Shown: one piece after another, positions 21,360 through 31,721 of the stretch
How the letters are laid out: each line of letters begins with the position of its first letter
How positions within the stretch are numbered: position 1 is the stretch's first letter
NCBI GenBank assembly: GCA_963755025.1
Contig: CAVWIH010000011.1
Location: 87,555-151,554 of the forward strand
DNA: 64,000 nucleotides
DNA from: an uncultured Actinomycetes bacterium
Lineage (GTDB): Bacteria; Actinomycetota; Thermoleophilia; UBA2241
Direction: 5' to 3'
Notes under the pieces: generated by a model
The model's input: only the letters and a program-made list of their open reading frames with translations
Told to the model about the DNA's origin: nothing
Database searches by the model: none
Made by a program: the position numbers and the translations under genes

Positions 21360-21711
21360 TCACTCCTTGAAGATCGCCCGGAACTTTCTGACAGGCGAGA
21401 GGTTCTTCCAAAGACCGGTGCTGCCCTGCGGTGTAATCAGGGCCTCGCCTGGCCCGGCGTGCAGCACGCGACCGTTGTCCAATGGTGAGCTCAACCTCAC
21501 CTTCGATGATGTAGGCGACCTCGTGATAGGGGCTCACAAACCGTTGGCTTTCCAGGTCTCGGCGCCAGTACACCGCACTGAACGAACCCACCTCGAATGC
21601 TGTAAACGCCATCCCCGGCTGATCGCTGTCGTCAGCCTCGCGCGATGATTGCTGCCAAGCTACGTCGCGCGCCGCGATGACGCACGCCTTTCTGTTCACC
21701 TCAGTGCCCAT
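21360..21711 (-). CDS. Cupin (DUF861/EutQ-like), frameshift near 21480
   Basis: HEVAYIIEGEVELT then GRVLHAGPGEALITPQGSTGLW in the next frame. Confidence 0.7.
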
Positions 21712-21800
21712 GACCCCCCTGTTGCAATTTCTCTGGGCACCACTAGTCATCGGTCCCCGCAGCCACGAGATCCCCTGCTCGTGCGAGCAGCGTCTCCTGT

Positions 21801-22472
21801 TCACAGCGCCTGACCCACTGGCAACCCGACGCCCAGCAGGGCCTTGGCGGCCGCTACGGCCTCGATGGCGTCTTCGGCGTAGCCGTCGGCGCCGATCTCG
21901 TCGGCCCAGGCGCGCGTCGTGGGGGCGCCGCCGATCATGACCTTGATGGAGTCGCGCAGACCGGCGGCCTTCAGGGCCTCGATGGTCTTTGCCTGGTTGG
22001 GCATGGTGGTGGTCAGCAGGGCGGAGAGCAGCAGGAGGTTGGGCTTGACCTCTTCGCACTTGGCGACGAAGGTCTCGGGGGCCACGTCGCAGCCCACGTC
22101 GGTGACCTCGAAGCCGGCCGCTGAGAGCATGGAGCAGACGATGGTCTTGCCGATCTCGTGGATGTCGCCGGCCACGGTGCCGGCCACGGCGATGCCGGTC
22201 GCCTTGCGGCCTTCTTTGGAGGCGTCGAGGGCGGGCTGCAGGACGGCCACGGCGGCCTTCATGGCCTCGGCGCCCTGCACCAGCTCGGGCAGGAAGAACT
22301 CGCCCTTGCCGAAGAGCTCGCCGACGTGCTCGATGCCCTTGACGAAGCCCTTGTCGAGGATGTCGGCGGCCGAGAGGCCGGCGTCGAGGCCCTTCTGGGC
22401 CAGCGCGGCGGCGGTGTCGTCTTCGCCGTCGATCACTGACTGGGCCATCTGAGAGTAGTGTTCGTCGGTCAC
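21801..22472 (-). CDS. Methyltransferase cognate corrinoid protein (MttC/MtgC-like)
   Basis: FFLPEL, B12-binding GDIHEIGK, SALLTTT, IGGAP, GADGY. Confidence 0.92.
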   Translation of the reverse strand: MTDEHYSQMAQSVIDGEDDTAAALAQKGLDAGLSAADILDKGFVKGIEHVGELFGKGEFFLPELVQGAEAMKAAVAVLQPALDASKEGRKATGIAVAGTVAGDIHEIGKTIVCSMLSAAGFEVTDVGCDVAPETFVAKCEEVKPNLLLLSALLTTTMPNQAKTIEALKAAGLRDSIKVMIGGAPTTRAWADEIGADGYAEDAIEAVAAAKALLGVGLPVGQAL

Positions 22473-22665
22473 CAGGTCCTCCTATCGGATCGCAGTCGGT
22501 CGCTCAAGCCCAGGGGGTGGGACGTGCCCGAGCGAGAGATTGTCGCGCTGAGCCCCGATAGCATCCGCGCGCCCGAGCCCACCGCCAGCGCCCCGCGTCC
22601 AAAGAGCCATGTCACTCACTCCCGTCCGGTTGGTTTGCCGCAAGCAGCTTCGTTGGGCCCTGCGA

Positions 22666-24093
22666 CTATCGGTCCACCGTCACCACGCGGTAGCCGGCGA
22701 TCACCGCATCGATGTGGCGTTGCAGGTCGTCGGTCAGCGGCGGCACCTCGTGCGAGGCAAGCAGCGCCTGGGCGCGCTCGGCAGCGTCGCTCACCAGGGT
22801 GCGGCCCAGGTAGCTCTCCCAGCCGTCGCGCTGGAACACAGAGGGCCACCAGACCTCGCCCGCCCGATGCCACTGTCGCGTGCTCTTGCGCCCCAGGTAG
22901 TGACCGCCGATGCCCACGGCGACGATGTCGTCGATGAGCGCGGTGGTCTCGTCGATCGGGCCGGAGCGCAAGAAGCGCTCCACCATGCCCACGAGGTCGC
23001 AGTCGAGCACGATCTTGGCCAGGCTGACCGTCTCGGCGCCGTCCATGAGACCGAAGGCCAGCAGGCTGTCGGCGCCGGCAAGTGCCTCGGTGATGGCAGT
23101 GAGCATACCCTCAGCGCCGGCCTGCAGGTTGCTCGCCTTGGCGTCGCTCGTCACGGCACTACCGGTCACAGGCAGCCCGAAGTGGCGACTCATCTCGATG
23201 CAGATGACGTTGGTCAGGCCGACCTCGGGAGCGCCGCACAGATACGCGCCGTTGCGCAGGTCGGCGACGGCCGCTCCGATGCCGGCGATCAATGCACAGC
23301 CGGGCTGCGCGAGCTGGAACAGCACGACCGCTGAGAGCAGCTCGGCCATGTTGATGATGCAACTCCCGAGGACGGTCATCGGTCCGGTCGTGCCGGTGAG
23401 CGGCATGGGCAGAATCAGCACGGGAACACCGGCCCTGACGAGTGCCATGGTCGCCTCGGTCATCTCACGCTCGTGCATGAGCGGGGCGATCGTGCAGTTG
23501 ATGGTGCTGAAGATCGGGCGCTGCCACAGCGAACCACCGGCGACCGCCTCGAAGATCTCGAGCAACGGGGCCACGTGAGCGACCTCGCGCACCTCGTCCT
23601 GCAGGTGCTTGCTGCAGCTCTGCAGGGCGATCGATTCAATCTCGAGGCCGGCGGTGAGCGGGTCAAGGTCGCGCGCTGAGATCGGCGGCCACATGTAGTC
23701 GACTTCGGGCAGCGCGTCGAGCAGCCTCATGGTGTCGCGCATGTCGGCGGCGGTGCCTTCGGTGCGCCGCCCGGTCAGCTCGTCGAGCATGAAGGTACCG
23801 GTGCCGTCGCTGCAGAACAGCAGCGCGCCGTCGCCCAGCACGACGTCGTGACGCGGATCGCGTGCGGCCAGCCTGACCTGTCTGGGGCAGGTCGACAGAC
23901 AGCGCTCCACGAGTTCCCATGGCAGCTTGGCGCGCAGCAGATCGCGATCGACGTCGGCGCCGGCTTCGGCCAGCAGCTCGATTGCCGCCGGGCTGTTATA
24001 GCCCACGCCGACTTCGGCCAGCACGCGGGCCGTCTGTTCGCTTACGAACTCGCGTTCCTGCGCGCTAAGGTAGTTCAGCCTGCCCTTGGCCAT
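22666..24093 (-). CDS. MttB-superfamily corrinoid methyltransferase, non-pyrrolysine
   Basis: GTTGPMT, AELLS, DLRNG..GAPE, TSDAK..QAGAE, VGIGGHYL; no in-frame TAG. Confidence 0.9.
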   Translation of the reverse strand: MAKGRLNYLSAQEREFVSEQTARVLAEVGVGYNSPAAIELLAEAGADVDRDLLRAKLPWELVERCLSTCPRQVRLAARDPRHDVVLGDGALLFCSDGTGTFMLDELTGRRTEGTAADMRDTMRLLDALPEVDYMWPPISARDLDPLTAGLEIESIALQSCSKHLQDEVREVAHVAPLLEIFEAVAGGSLWQRPIFSTINCTIAPLMHEREMTEATMALVRAGVPVLILPMPLTGTTGPMTVLGSCIINMAELLSAVVLFQLAQPGCALIAGIGAAVADLRNGAYLCGAPEVGLTNVICIEMSRHFGLPVTGSAVTSDAKASNLQAGAEGMLTAITEALAGADSLLAFGLMDGAETVSLAKIVLDCDLVGMVERFLRSGPIDETTALIDDIVAVGIGGHYLGRKSTRQWHRAGEVWWPSVFQRDGWESYLGRTLVSDAAERAQALLASHEVPPLTDDLQRHIDAVIAGYRVVTVDR

Positions 24094-24140
24094 GCGGTCC
24101 CCCCCCCAGTCGTGCCAACGCCCTGACGAATCTCGCAGCG

Positions 24141-24170
24141 TTACGACGTAAACTGACGTTCAATCCGTCA
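24141..24170. promoter_or_regulatory. Palindromic candidate operators in the divergent promoter region
   Basis: TTACG-A-CGTAA and TGACG-N7-CGTCA between mttB-like gene and regulator. Confidence 0.4.
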
Positions 24171-24289
24171 AGCAAACCGCAGGGCGAGGGTGATGCCAAG
24201 ATGCAGAACCTCTCAAAATCTCACCGTGTCTCCAAGAAAATCCTGCCGAAGCTCACAGCTTCAGCCTCGCCGTGCGCCGCAGGTGCGCC

Positions 24290-25435
24290 GTGTACCTGAG
24301 CCTCGGCCGGGCCGCCCGTGAGCTGGGCGTCTCGCCGGCCACCGTGCGACGCTGGACGGCGTCGGGTTTTCTGCCCTGCGTGCGCACCGCCGGCGGCCAT
24401 CGACGCATCGCCAAAGAAGACATCGACGAGCTCTCCAGAGCCATCGGTGACAGCAGTCACCTCGAAGCCCAACGGGCCCGCGAGCGCGAGCTTGAGACCC
24501 TGGTCCAGGCCTCGCTCGACGTCGCGTCACGGCTCGACCAGACGGAGCTCCTCGCCGAGATCGCGCGCCACGTCACGCGACTGTGCCGCTGCCACACCTG
24601 CGAGATCATGGAGTACCTGCCCGACGACGAGGCGGTTCGTGTGCTGGCGGAGTACGACGCGAGCGGCCGGCGCTGGCCGACGGAAGGCGTCTACGACCTG
24701 CGCAAGATCCCCGCCACTAAGCGTGTGCTCGACGAACAGATCTCCATGACCATCAACATCGACGACCACGGCGCCGACGCCGCCGAAGTGGCGATCATGC
24801 GCCACTACGGCGAGAAGAGCGTCCTCATGTTGCCGCTCGTCTTTCAGGGAACCGCCATCGGTCTGCTTGAGGCCTGTGACCGCGAAGATTCGCGCAAGTA
24901 CTCGGCGCAGGAGCTGCGCCTTTGCCGCGCCCTGGCGGGCCAGGCGGCCGTAGCCCTGCACAACGCCAGGCTGTTCAGCGCCGTCCACATTGCCGAGGCC
25001 GAGACGGCCCTACTGTGCCGGCGCCTACAGGGGCTCGCTGAAGGGCTCGCCGAGGCAGACGGCCCGCTCGCAGGGCCACAGGCGCTGCAAGCCCTGGCCG
25101 AAGCCACGCGGGCCACCTTCGCGGCACATTCGTGCGTGATTGCGCGCCGCGGCCGCGTAATCGGCGCGGCCGTCGCGGACGACGCTACGACAGCTGCCCT
25201 GGAACGACAGGCATGCGTAGTCCATGACGGCCTCACCGGCACGGCGATCACACTCGTGCTGGGCGAAGCGGCAACAGCGGCTGAAACGAAGCTCCTCAAG
25301 CTCGTTGTGACCATGGTCGCGCGACTCGCCGACCAGCGCCTACCCGGATCCCTGCCGGGGCCATGGCCGCGCGGCCCTGGGGGTGAGCAATCCGGCGGCA
25401 ATGCTGCGTCGGGCTATCGCAGCCGGTGCGACTGA
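24290..25435 (+). CDS. MerR/Xis-like HTH + GAF regulator
   Basis: AARELGVSPATVRRW..RTAGGHRR; GAF motifs LMLPLVFQG..IGLLE, AGQAAVALHNARL. Confidence 0.85.
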   Translation: MYLSLGRAARELGVSPATVRRWTASGFLPCVRTAGGHRRIAKEDIDELSRAIGDSSHLEAQRARERELETLVQASLDVASRLDQTELLAEIARHVTRLCRCHTCEIMEYLPDDEAVRVLAEYDASGRRWPTEGVYDLRKIPATKRVLDEQISMTINIDDHGADAAEVAIMRHYGEKSVLMLPLVFQGTAIGLLEACDREDSRKYSAQELRLCRALAGQAAVALHNARLFSAVHIAEAETALLCRRLQGLAEGLAEADGPLAGPQALQALAEATRATFAAHSCVIARRGRVIGAAVADDATTAALERQACVVHDGLTGTAITLVLGEAATAAETKLLKLVVTMVARLADQRLPGSLPGPWPRGPGGEQSGGNAASGYRSRCD

Positions 25436-25590
25436 AATCATATCGACCCAAGGCGCGACGTAAAGTGGTATCGCCTGAATGTCGAGGAGGCAGCCGACCC
25501 CGACAATGCGCGGCGCGAGCAGGCCCGCAGCGCGCAGGACGCCTTCCGTTGCCGGGAGGGAGCTCCACCCTAGCAGGCGACACGAGGGCC

Positions 25591-26125
25591 CTAGCCGTCG
25601 TCTTCTTGGAACCCGGCCCGCCCGAGCAGAAAGAGCTCAAAGGCAGCCAGCCTCTCGCGTGTCTGCTCGGGCGTCAGAGAGGCGAATGTCTGGCCGATCG
25701 GCGGGGGCACGGGATCCGCGATGCTGAGACGATCCTCAGACGGCGACGCGACGCTGCGCTCCACGTCGAGCCTCCTTTGCGCCCTGGCAGTACTCACACC
25801 AGCAGCCTTCGACGTGCCGCCAGCCCGTTTCGGGGATGTGGGAGGTGGTGCAGGCTCGCAGTCCGGGAGAGCTGGGGAAACGCACGGCGACGTCGTCTCC
25901 CAAGGGCCGATACTCGTAGGTCGCGTCGGCCAGCTCGATGTGTGCCGGCAACCCGGCGGCGCGCACCTGGGTCAAGGTCAGCTCTCTCATATCCTTCCTC
26001 CCTGCGACGAGGTGAAGAGGCGCTCGCAAGGAGAGTGAGTCGACCTTCCTCCCTGCGGGTGGTGGCGACGAGAACTCTAGGGGCCGTTGCTTTCGATCGG
26101 CTTGGGACCTCTTGAGGATACACCC
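25591..26125 (-). repeat. Repeat E copy 1 (about 540 bp), inverted relative to 55262-55812
   Basis: Shared leader, 84-aa ORF and downstream peptide. Confidence 0.9.
25736..25990 (-). CDS. Small Cys/His-rich hypothetical protein
   Basis: RBS GGAGGAAGG; HVEGCWCEYC; paralog at 55398. Confidence 0.75.
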   Translation of the reverse strand: MRELTLTQVRAAGLPAHIELADATYEYRPLGDDVAVRFPSSPGLRACTTSHIPETGWRHVEGCWCEYCQGAKEARRGAQRRVAV

Positions 26126-26410
26126 AGAATATTGGCGCGGTTTGAAGGTCGATGCAGAACTGTTTCAGATGGTCTATGACCACTGCGTGGACCTCGAAGT
26201 GGAGCCTGCAGGACTTGCCGCTTTTGACCGTGGCACTCATGGCGGCACACGGCGCCCGAGGTGTCGATCTTCACCTGGCAGGTCTTGATCAATTCGACGT
26301 TACCGTCGCTTCGATCGCGCTTGCGGAAATCTCCAGGCGCAGTGGATAGTCGAACAGATACCGCCCGCCTGGCGCCAAGGACAGTCGCTGCACCCGTCGA
26401 ACAAAGGCCC

Positions 26411-26620
26411 ATGAATACGCTTGATTTGCTCGGCAAACGCGTCTCCTATAACGACGAGACGGGAGTGGTCGTGAATCACTCCGATCCTGGCTTCGCACGC
26501 CGTGACGGCCTGGCCGCCCAGCGCGGCAGGTCGGTCACGATCCGCATCGAGGGCAGACTCGCCGCACACTTCGTCGAGGTCAGCGAGAGCGATCTCGAGC
26601 GCATCGAAGTCCTCGACTAG
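26411..26620 (+). CDS. Small hypothetical protein
   Basis: 69-aa ORF with plausible codon usage. Confidence 0.5.
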   Translation: MNTLDLLGKRVSYNDETGVVVNHSDPGFARRDGLAAQRGRSVTIRIEGRLAAHFVEVSESDLERIEVLD

Positions 26621-26734
26621 GTAGCGGCGCCTCTGCCCCACGCTAGGCCGCCCCAAGCGGCCACGACGACCGTCACCTGCGCAAAACTCAAGGATTGCGA
26701 CTACCCACCGATAGCCACAGCGATGAGAAGCCCT

Positions 26735-27935
26735 ATGGCGACACTCAGATTCTCAGCGCTGGTCGGCTTTGCGGCGATCATCTGCGCCGTGCTGTTCGCA
26801 CCGGCCGCCCAAGCCCGCACCTTCCCCGACGTTGCCAAGAGCTACTGGGACTACGCCGCCATCAACTGGGTGACCAACCAGGGGCCGGCCGGTGCCAGGC
26901 TGCTCGACGACTACGCCGGCAAGAGGTTCGCCCCAGACCAGCCCATCAGCCGCGAGCAGCTCGCGGCCGCCCTGGTGACTTCCCTGGGCCGCCAGGGCGA
27001 GAGCGTTCCCAGTCCCGTCGCACTGACAGACCTGCCCGCAAGCGATCCCTACTTCCACGTCGTGCAAGTCGCCCTCGCCCTGCACTTCTTCGAAGCCTCC
27101 AAGGGCAAGTTCGATCCAGTGGCGGGAGTGACGGAGTCACAGGCTGATCACGCCCTGGTGCGCATGATCTACCTGCTGCACCCGCACAACGACTGGAGCA
27201 TGCTGCGCGCGCTGGCACCAGGCACCTGGCAACCCAACCCGGGTTGGAAGACGGGCGCCCCCTCGCGCCTGCCCTGGGAGGTCGCGGCACGCTTTCTGGG
27301 GCTGCGCTTCAACCACCTCTCGGCTCCTGCCCTGGAGTTCTCACCCGACCAGGACATCGATCGTGCCGAGGCTGCCTACATGTTCAAGGCCGCACTCACA
27401 GTCGCCCCCTGGCAGCTCGAGGAGCTGTCGTGGTTCGACCAGGTCAGCCTGCCCAGCCTGAGCGCTCGCCAGAGGCAGATCATCGCCTTTGCCTTGCAGT
27501 ACGTCGGCTACCCCTACGTCTGGGGCGGCACCTACCCCACGCCGGACTCGCCCTACGGACTGCAGGCCCACGGCGGCTTCGACTGCTCGGGCTTTGTCTG
27601 GTGGGTCCTGAAGACTGAACTTCGGCTACGCGATCCCCAACGCCCAGCGCACCGCGGCGCAGATGGCGGCCGCCGCAAAGCCCCGTATTCCTATGGCCAA
27701 GCTCGCTCCCTGCGACATCATCTTCTTCGGACCCAAGGGTCCCAAATCCAGTGCCGCCTCGGTCTTCCACACCGCCATCTACCTGGGCAACGGCTGGTTC
27801 ATCGAGTCTTCGAACTTCTTCGACGGTGTCACCCTGGCCAATCTGAAGTGGCCGGGCTGGTACTACGCTTCTGCCTTTGCCTGGGGCAGGCAGGTGCTCA
27901 GTCCCGCGCAGCTCGGCACGGTGGCCGGCACCTAG
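26735..27935 (+). CDS. Secreted SLH + NlpC/P60 cell-wall peptidase (frameshift near 27620)
   Basis: Signal peptide, FPDV..W, ISREQ, YPYVWGG, GFDCSGFV, HTAIYLGNG. Confidence 0.88.
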
Positions 27936-27989
27936 ACAAGCCGCGAAAACGCGTGCGTGTGCCAGACGACTCCCCGAACGATGCGGCCC

Positions 27990-29055
27990 CAGCCGCATAC
28001 TCCAAGGGGACAGCCTCCGGACGGGCTCCTGCGCGGCGCCGCCGATCTCAATCAGGACGTCTCTGTCTGGGGTGTTGCCTAGGCCGAGCTCGCCCCAGAA
28101 GCTGTCGCCGCAGGCCCACAGCGTGCCGTCGCTTCTGAGGGCCATGGTCTGCTCGTAGCCACAGGCGACGGCCTCCAGGCGTGGGCGTGCCGACCCGGGT
28201 CGGGGTGGTGACGGTCTCGTCCATGTGGCCCAGGCCGAGGTTGCCCGAGGTGGTGGAGCCCCAGGCCCAGAGGCTGCCGTCGCTCTGACGGCCAGATTGA
28301 ACCCAAGCCGGCCGAGACGGCCGTCCAGGTGGCGACCGTGCCGACCTGGGTCAGGGTGTGGCGGTCGTTGGTGTCGCCCAGGCCGAGCTGGTAGCTTTCA
28401 TTGTGGCCACAGGCCCACAGGGTGCCGTCGCTGCCCAGCGGCCAGGGTGTACCAGTCGCTGCCCGAGACCGCGACGGCCGTCCAGGTGGTCGAAGCCCAC
28501 TGGGTCGAAGGTGTCGGCTCGATCGGTGCCGCCCAGGCCGAGCTGGCCGCGCGTCGTTGTTGCCGCTGCCCCAGAGAGGTGCCGTATGCTCTGGATGGCC
28601 ATGGTGTAGTCCGAACCGGCAGGAGACGGCCGCCCAGGTGTCGGGCTACCGACCTGGGTCGGCTTGAGGTCGGTCTCGTCGTCATTGTTCAGACCGAGCT
28701 GGCCGGTGTCGTTGTTGCCCCAGCCCCAGAGGCTGCCGTTGACTCTGGATGGCCAGGGTGTAGTCGTAGCCGGCAGAGACGGCAGCTCCAGGTGGTGCCG
28801 GGGTCGACCTGGGTGGGTGAGTTGCTGCGTGGTGTCGCAGTCGCCCAGACCGAGCTTCGCCGTCTATGTTGTCGCCCCAGGCCCACAGCGTGCCGTTGCT
28901 CTTGATGGCAAGCGTGAAGTCCTGGCCAGCCGATACTGCTTTCCAGGTGCTGCCGGGGTCGACCTCGGTGGGGGTGTCTCTTTCGTCGGTGCCGCCCAGC
29001 ACCGAGCTGGCCGTTGTCGTTGTTGCCCCAGGCCCACAGCGTGCCGTCAGTCTCA
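27990..29055 (-). pseudogene. RCC1-repeat beta-propeller fragment, heavily frameshifted
   Basis: Repeated TLAIKSNGTLWAWGDN..GQLG units that jump frames; no 5' start. Confidence 0.75.
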
Positions 29056-29282
29056 CTTCCGAAACGTACACGTCGCCGGTCCCGGCAACGGAATCGCTTA
29101 ATCCAGAGGGCGTTAGCCCGACAGCCTCATCGACGTACCCCCAGCCTGCATCGAAGGCAGAAGCAATCAGGTGTAGCTAGCTCGCCAACTGATGCCTCTG
29201 AAGATATTCTGACGGCTCGACTGCCGTCCTGCGTTCCCATGGGTGGGGCTTGGACGCTGACCGTCCTACAGAGGGGGCATAT

Positions 29283-30696
29283 GTGAAGCGCCCTTGGGTC
29301 ATCCCTGTCATCGCCGCATTCGCCGTAACGCTTGTGCTCGCACCCGCCGCCATGGCCGCAGCTAGGCCGACAGTCACACTCAAGGCCGCAGCGAGTGTTG
29401 CTTCGGCGGCGCACTGCGCCTGACGGGAAGTGTCCATCGCGCCAAGGCCGGCGCAACATCGATCGCCATTCTGGAAAAGGTGGGCACCCGGTGGCAGAAG
29501 ATCGCCACGGCAAAACTATCTGCCGAACACGCCTTCTCGGTCGACATAGCGATAACCAGGACGGCAACTGCCGTCTTCGCGTCAGTCGTCGCGCGGGCTC
29601 GATCACGGCATACAGCAACACGGTTGTGATCGACGTCAAAGCAGCGCCAGTGCCGTGGGTCGATGTAGCCTGCGGCGGCGGCTTCGCCGTGGCCATTGGG
29701 CGAAACGGTACGCTCTGGGCCTGGGGAGGTAACGGCGATGGCCAGCTCGGCCTGAAAGGCGTTGCCGACAGGTATCGCCCGACTAGGGTCGGCAGCGCGA
29801 GAGACTGGGCAGCTGTCGCGTGCGGGGCAAGCGACACGCTGGCTATCAAGAAGAACGGTACGCTCTGGGCCTGGGGCGACAACTATCACGGAGCACTCGG
29901 CCTCGGCGGTACGGCAAACACGGACACGCCGACCCAGGTCGGCAACGCCACGGACTGGGCGGCTGTTTCGTGCGCAGATGACCACACCTTGGCCTTGCGT
30001 ACGGATGGAACCCTTTGGGCCTGGGGCTTCAATGGGGAAGGTCAGCTCGGCTCTGGCGGCACCGACGATGTGTACACCCCGACGCAGGTCGGCAGCGAGA
30101 GCGACTGGGCTGCAGTGGCCGGTGGTGCTGGCGATACCCTGGCCGTAAAGACGGACGGCACGCTTTGGGCCTGGGGCGAGAACGACTATGGGCAGCTGGG
30201 CCTTGGAGCACATCGAACGTGCTGATCCCCACTCAGGTCGGCAACTCCAATGATCGGGTCGACCTCGCGTGCGCTGACGACCAGACCCTGGCCCTGCGGA
30301 CCGATGGCACACTCTGGGCCTGGGGCGACAATGGAGACGGCCAACTCGGCTCCTCGCTACCAGCGGAACGCTGGTGCCGACCCAGGTCGCGACGCCAGCG
30401 ACTCGCCGAAGTCTCTGCGGATAACGACACCTTGGCCATCAAGAAACGGACGCGTGGGCCTGGGGTTCCAGCCTCAGCGGCCAGCTCGGTCTCGGGAGCC
30501 ACGGCAAAGAGCGCAACCCCGGGCGCGTGGGGCACGCCTCCAGCTGGACGACCGTGGCCTGTGCGAACGACTTTACCGTGGCCCTCACGAAGAACGGCGC
30601 CCTCTGGGCTTGGGGCTCGAATGGCGACGGTCAGCTCGGTCGGGCAACACTGCGGGCAGGGACATGCCGTCGCTGGTTTCGAGCGACTCTAAGTAA
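29283..30696 (+). CDS. Secreted RCC1-repeat protein (frameshifted)
   Basis: GTG start with signal peptide; multiple GTLWAWG.N..GQLG repeats. Confidence 0.8.
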
Positions 30697-30700
30697 GCGT

Positions 30701-31632
30701 CTAGGTGTTCAGCTCCATGACCTTGTTGACGGCTTCGAGCCGCGCCATCGGCGTCAGGCCACCCAAGCCGCCATGCGGACGATAGCCATTGTAGTAGGCG
30801 AGGAAGCCCGGTAGGGCTGCGATCCGTTCAGCCGTGGAGTCGTAGGGCCGCCGGTAGGCCCAGCCGTTCTGCACGATCTTCACGAAGGCCTCGGCCTTGC
30901 CGTTGGTCTGCGGATGATAGGGCCGCGTGTAGAGCTGTCTCAGCCCGTGGCCGGCTGCAGCCGCGCGGAAGAGGTGCGAGTGGTACTGCATGCCGTTGTC
31001 GGTGAGCAGGCGCCGCACCTCGATGCCGTGGGCCGCAAAGAAGGCCAGGGCGCGCTCCAGGAAGGCCGCCGTGCTTGTCGGGCGCTCGTCTGTGAGCTCC
31101 TCGGCGTAGGCCAGACGAGTGGGTCGTGACGGCCACGTGCACGAGGTCCCAGCCGATGCCGCGGTTCCTGCGGCTGCGCTGGCAAAGCGCAGCCGCGCTC
31201 CGAGCGCCCAGGCGCTCGGTCGAGGTGCACGAGGTCGCCGGGGACCGGCCAGCAGTAGCGCACGGCGGTCGCCCTCGCGCACAGGTCGCGCAAGCGACCA
31301 AGCCCCAGGCGCCGCAGGGTGCGGTAGACGGTCGAACCGGCCAGTCCCAATCGCCAGGCGATCGGCGCTGGCCCGAGGAGGCGCAGGCGCAGCGAGATCA
31401 CCGGTCGCAGTGAGGGGCCGCTTAGACGGTAGACCACACGGTGCGGCCGGCAGCGGCGGTCGGCCAGACCGACGCTCCCCTCGCGCCGAGCCCGGGCCAG
31501 CCACTTGCTGGCGGTCTGGCGGCTGACGCCGGCGGCTGCGGCAGCCGCCGTGATGGTCCAGCCCTGGCGCTCGATACGCTCGACCAGCAACTGCCTGCCC
31601 AGTGGGGTGAGGCGCGCGTTACCATGAGCCAT
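30701..31632 (-). CDS. IS481 transposase (frameshifted)
   Basis: MAHGNARLTPLGR, LVHLD, LTDNG, RPYHPQTNGKAE, YNGYRPH. Confidence 0.9.
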
Positions 31633-31721
31633 GAGGGCCCTCCTTCTCGGTCTTGGCTTAGGCACCAACAACCGATGAAGGACGGGCCCTCACCTGTCAA
31701 CAAGGTTGTGACTCAGAACAC
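30705..31721 (-). mobile_element. IS481-family insertion sequence
   Basis: Imperfect TIRs GTGTTC..ACCTTGTTGAC; CTAG on both sides; transposase inside. Confidence 0.92.

Noticed and set aside
22475-22660. Cobalamin riboswitch before the corrinoid gene
   Set aside because: No recognisable B12 box or conserved core
22666-24093. Pyrrolysine recoding in the MttB-like gene
   Set aside because: The ORF is continuous, the region before SDAK reads GSAVT with no TAG, and there are no pyl genes in the window
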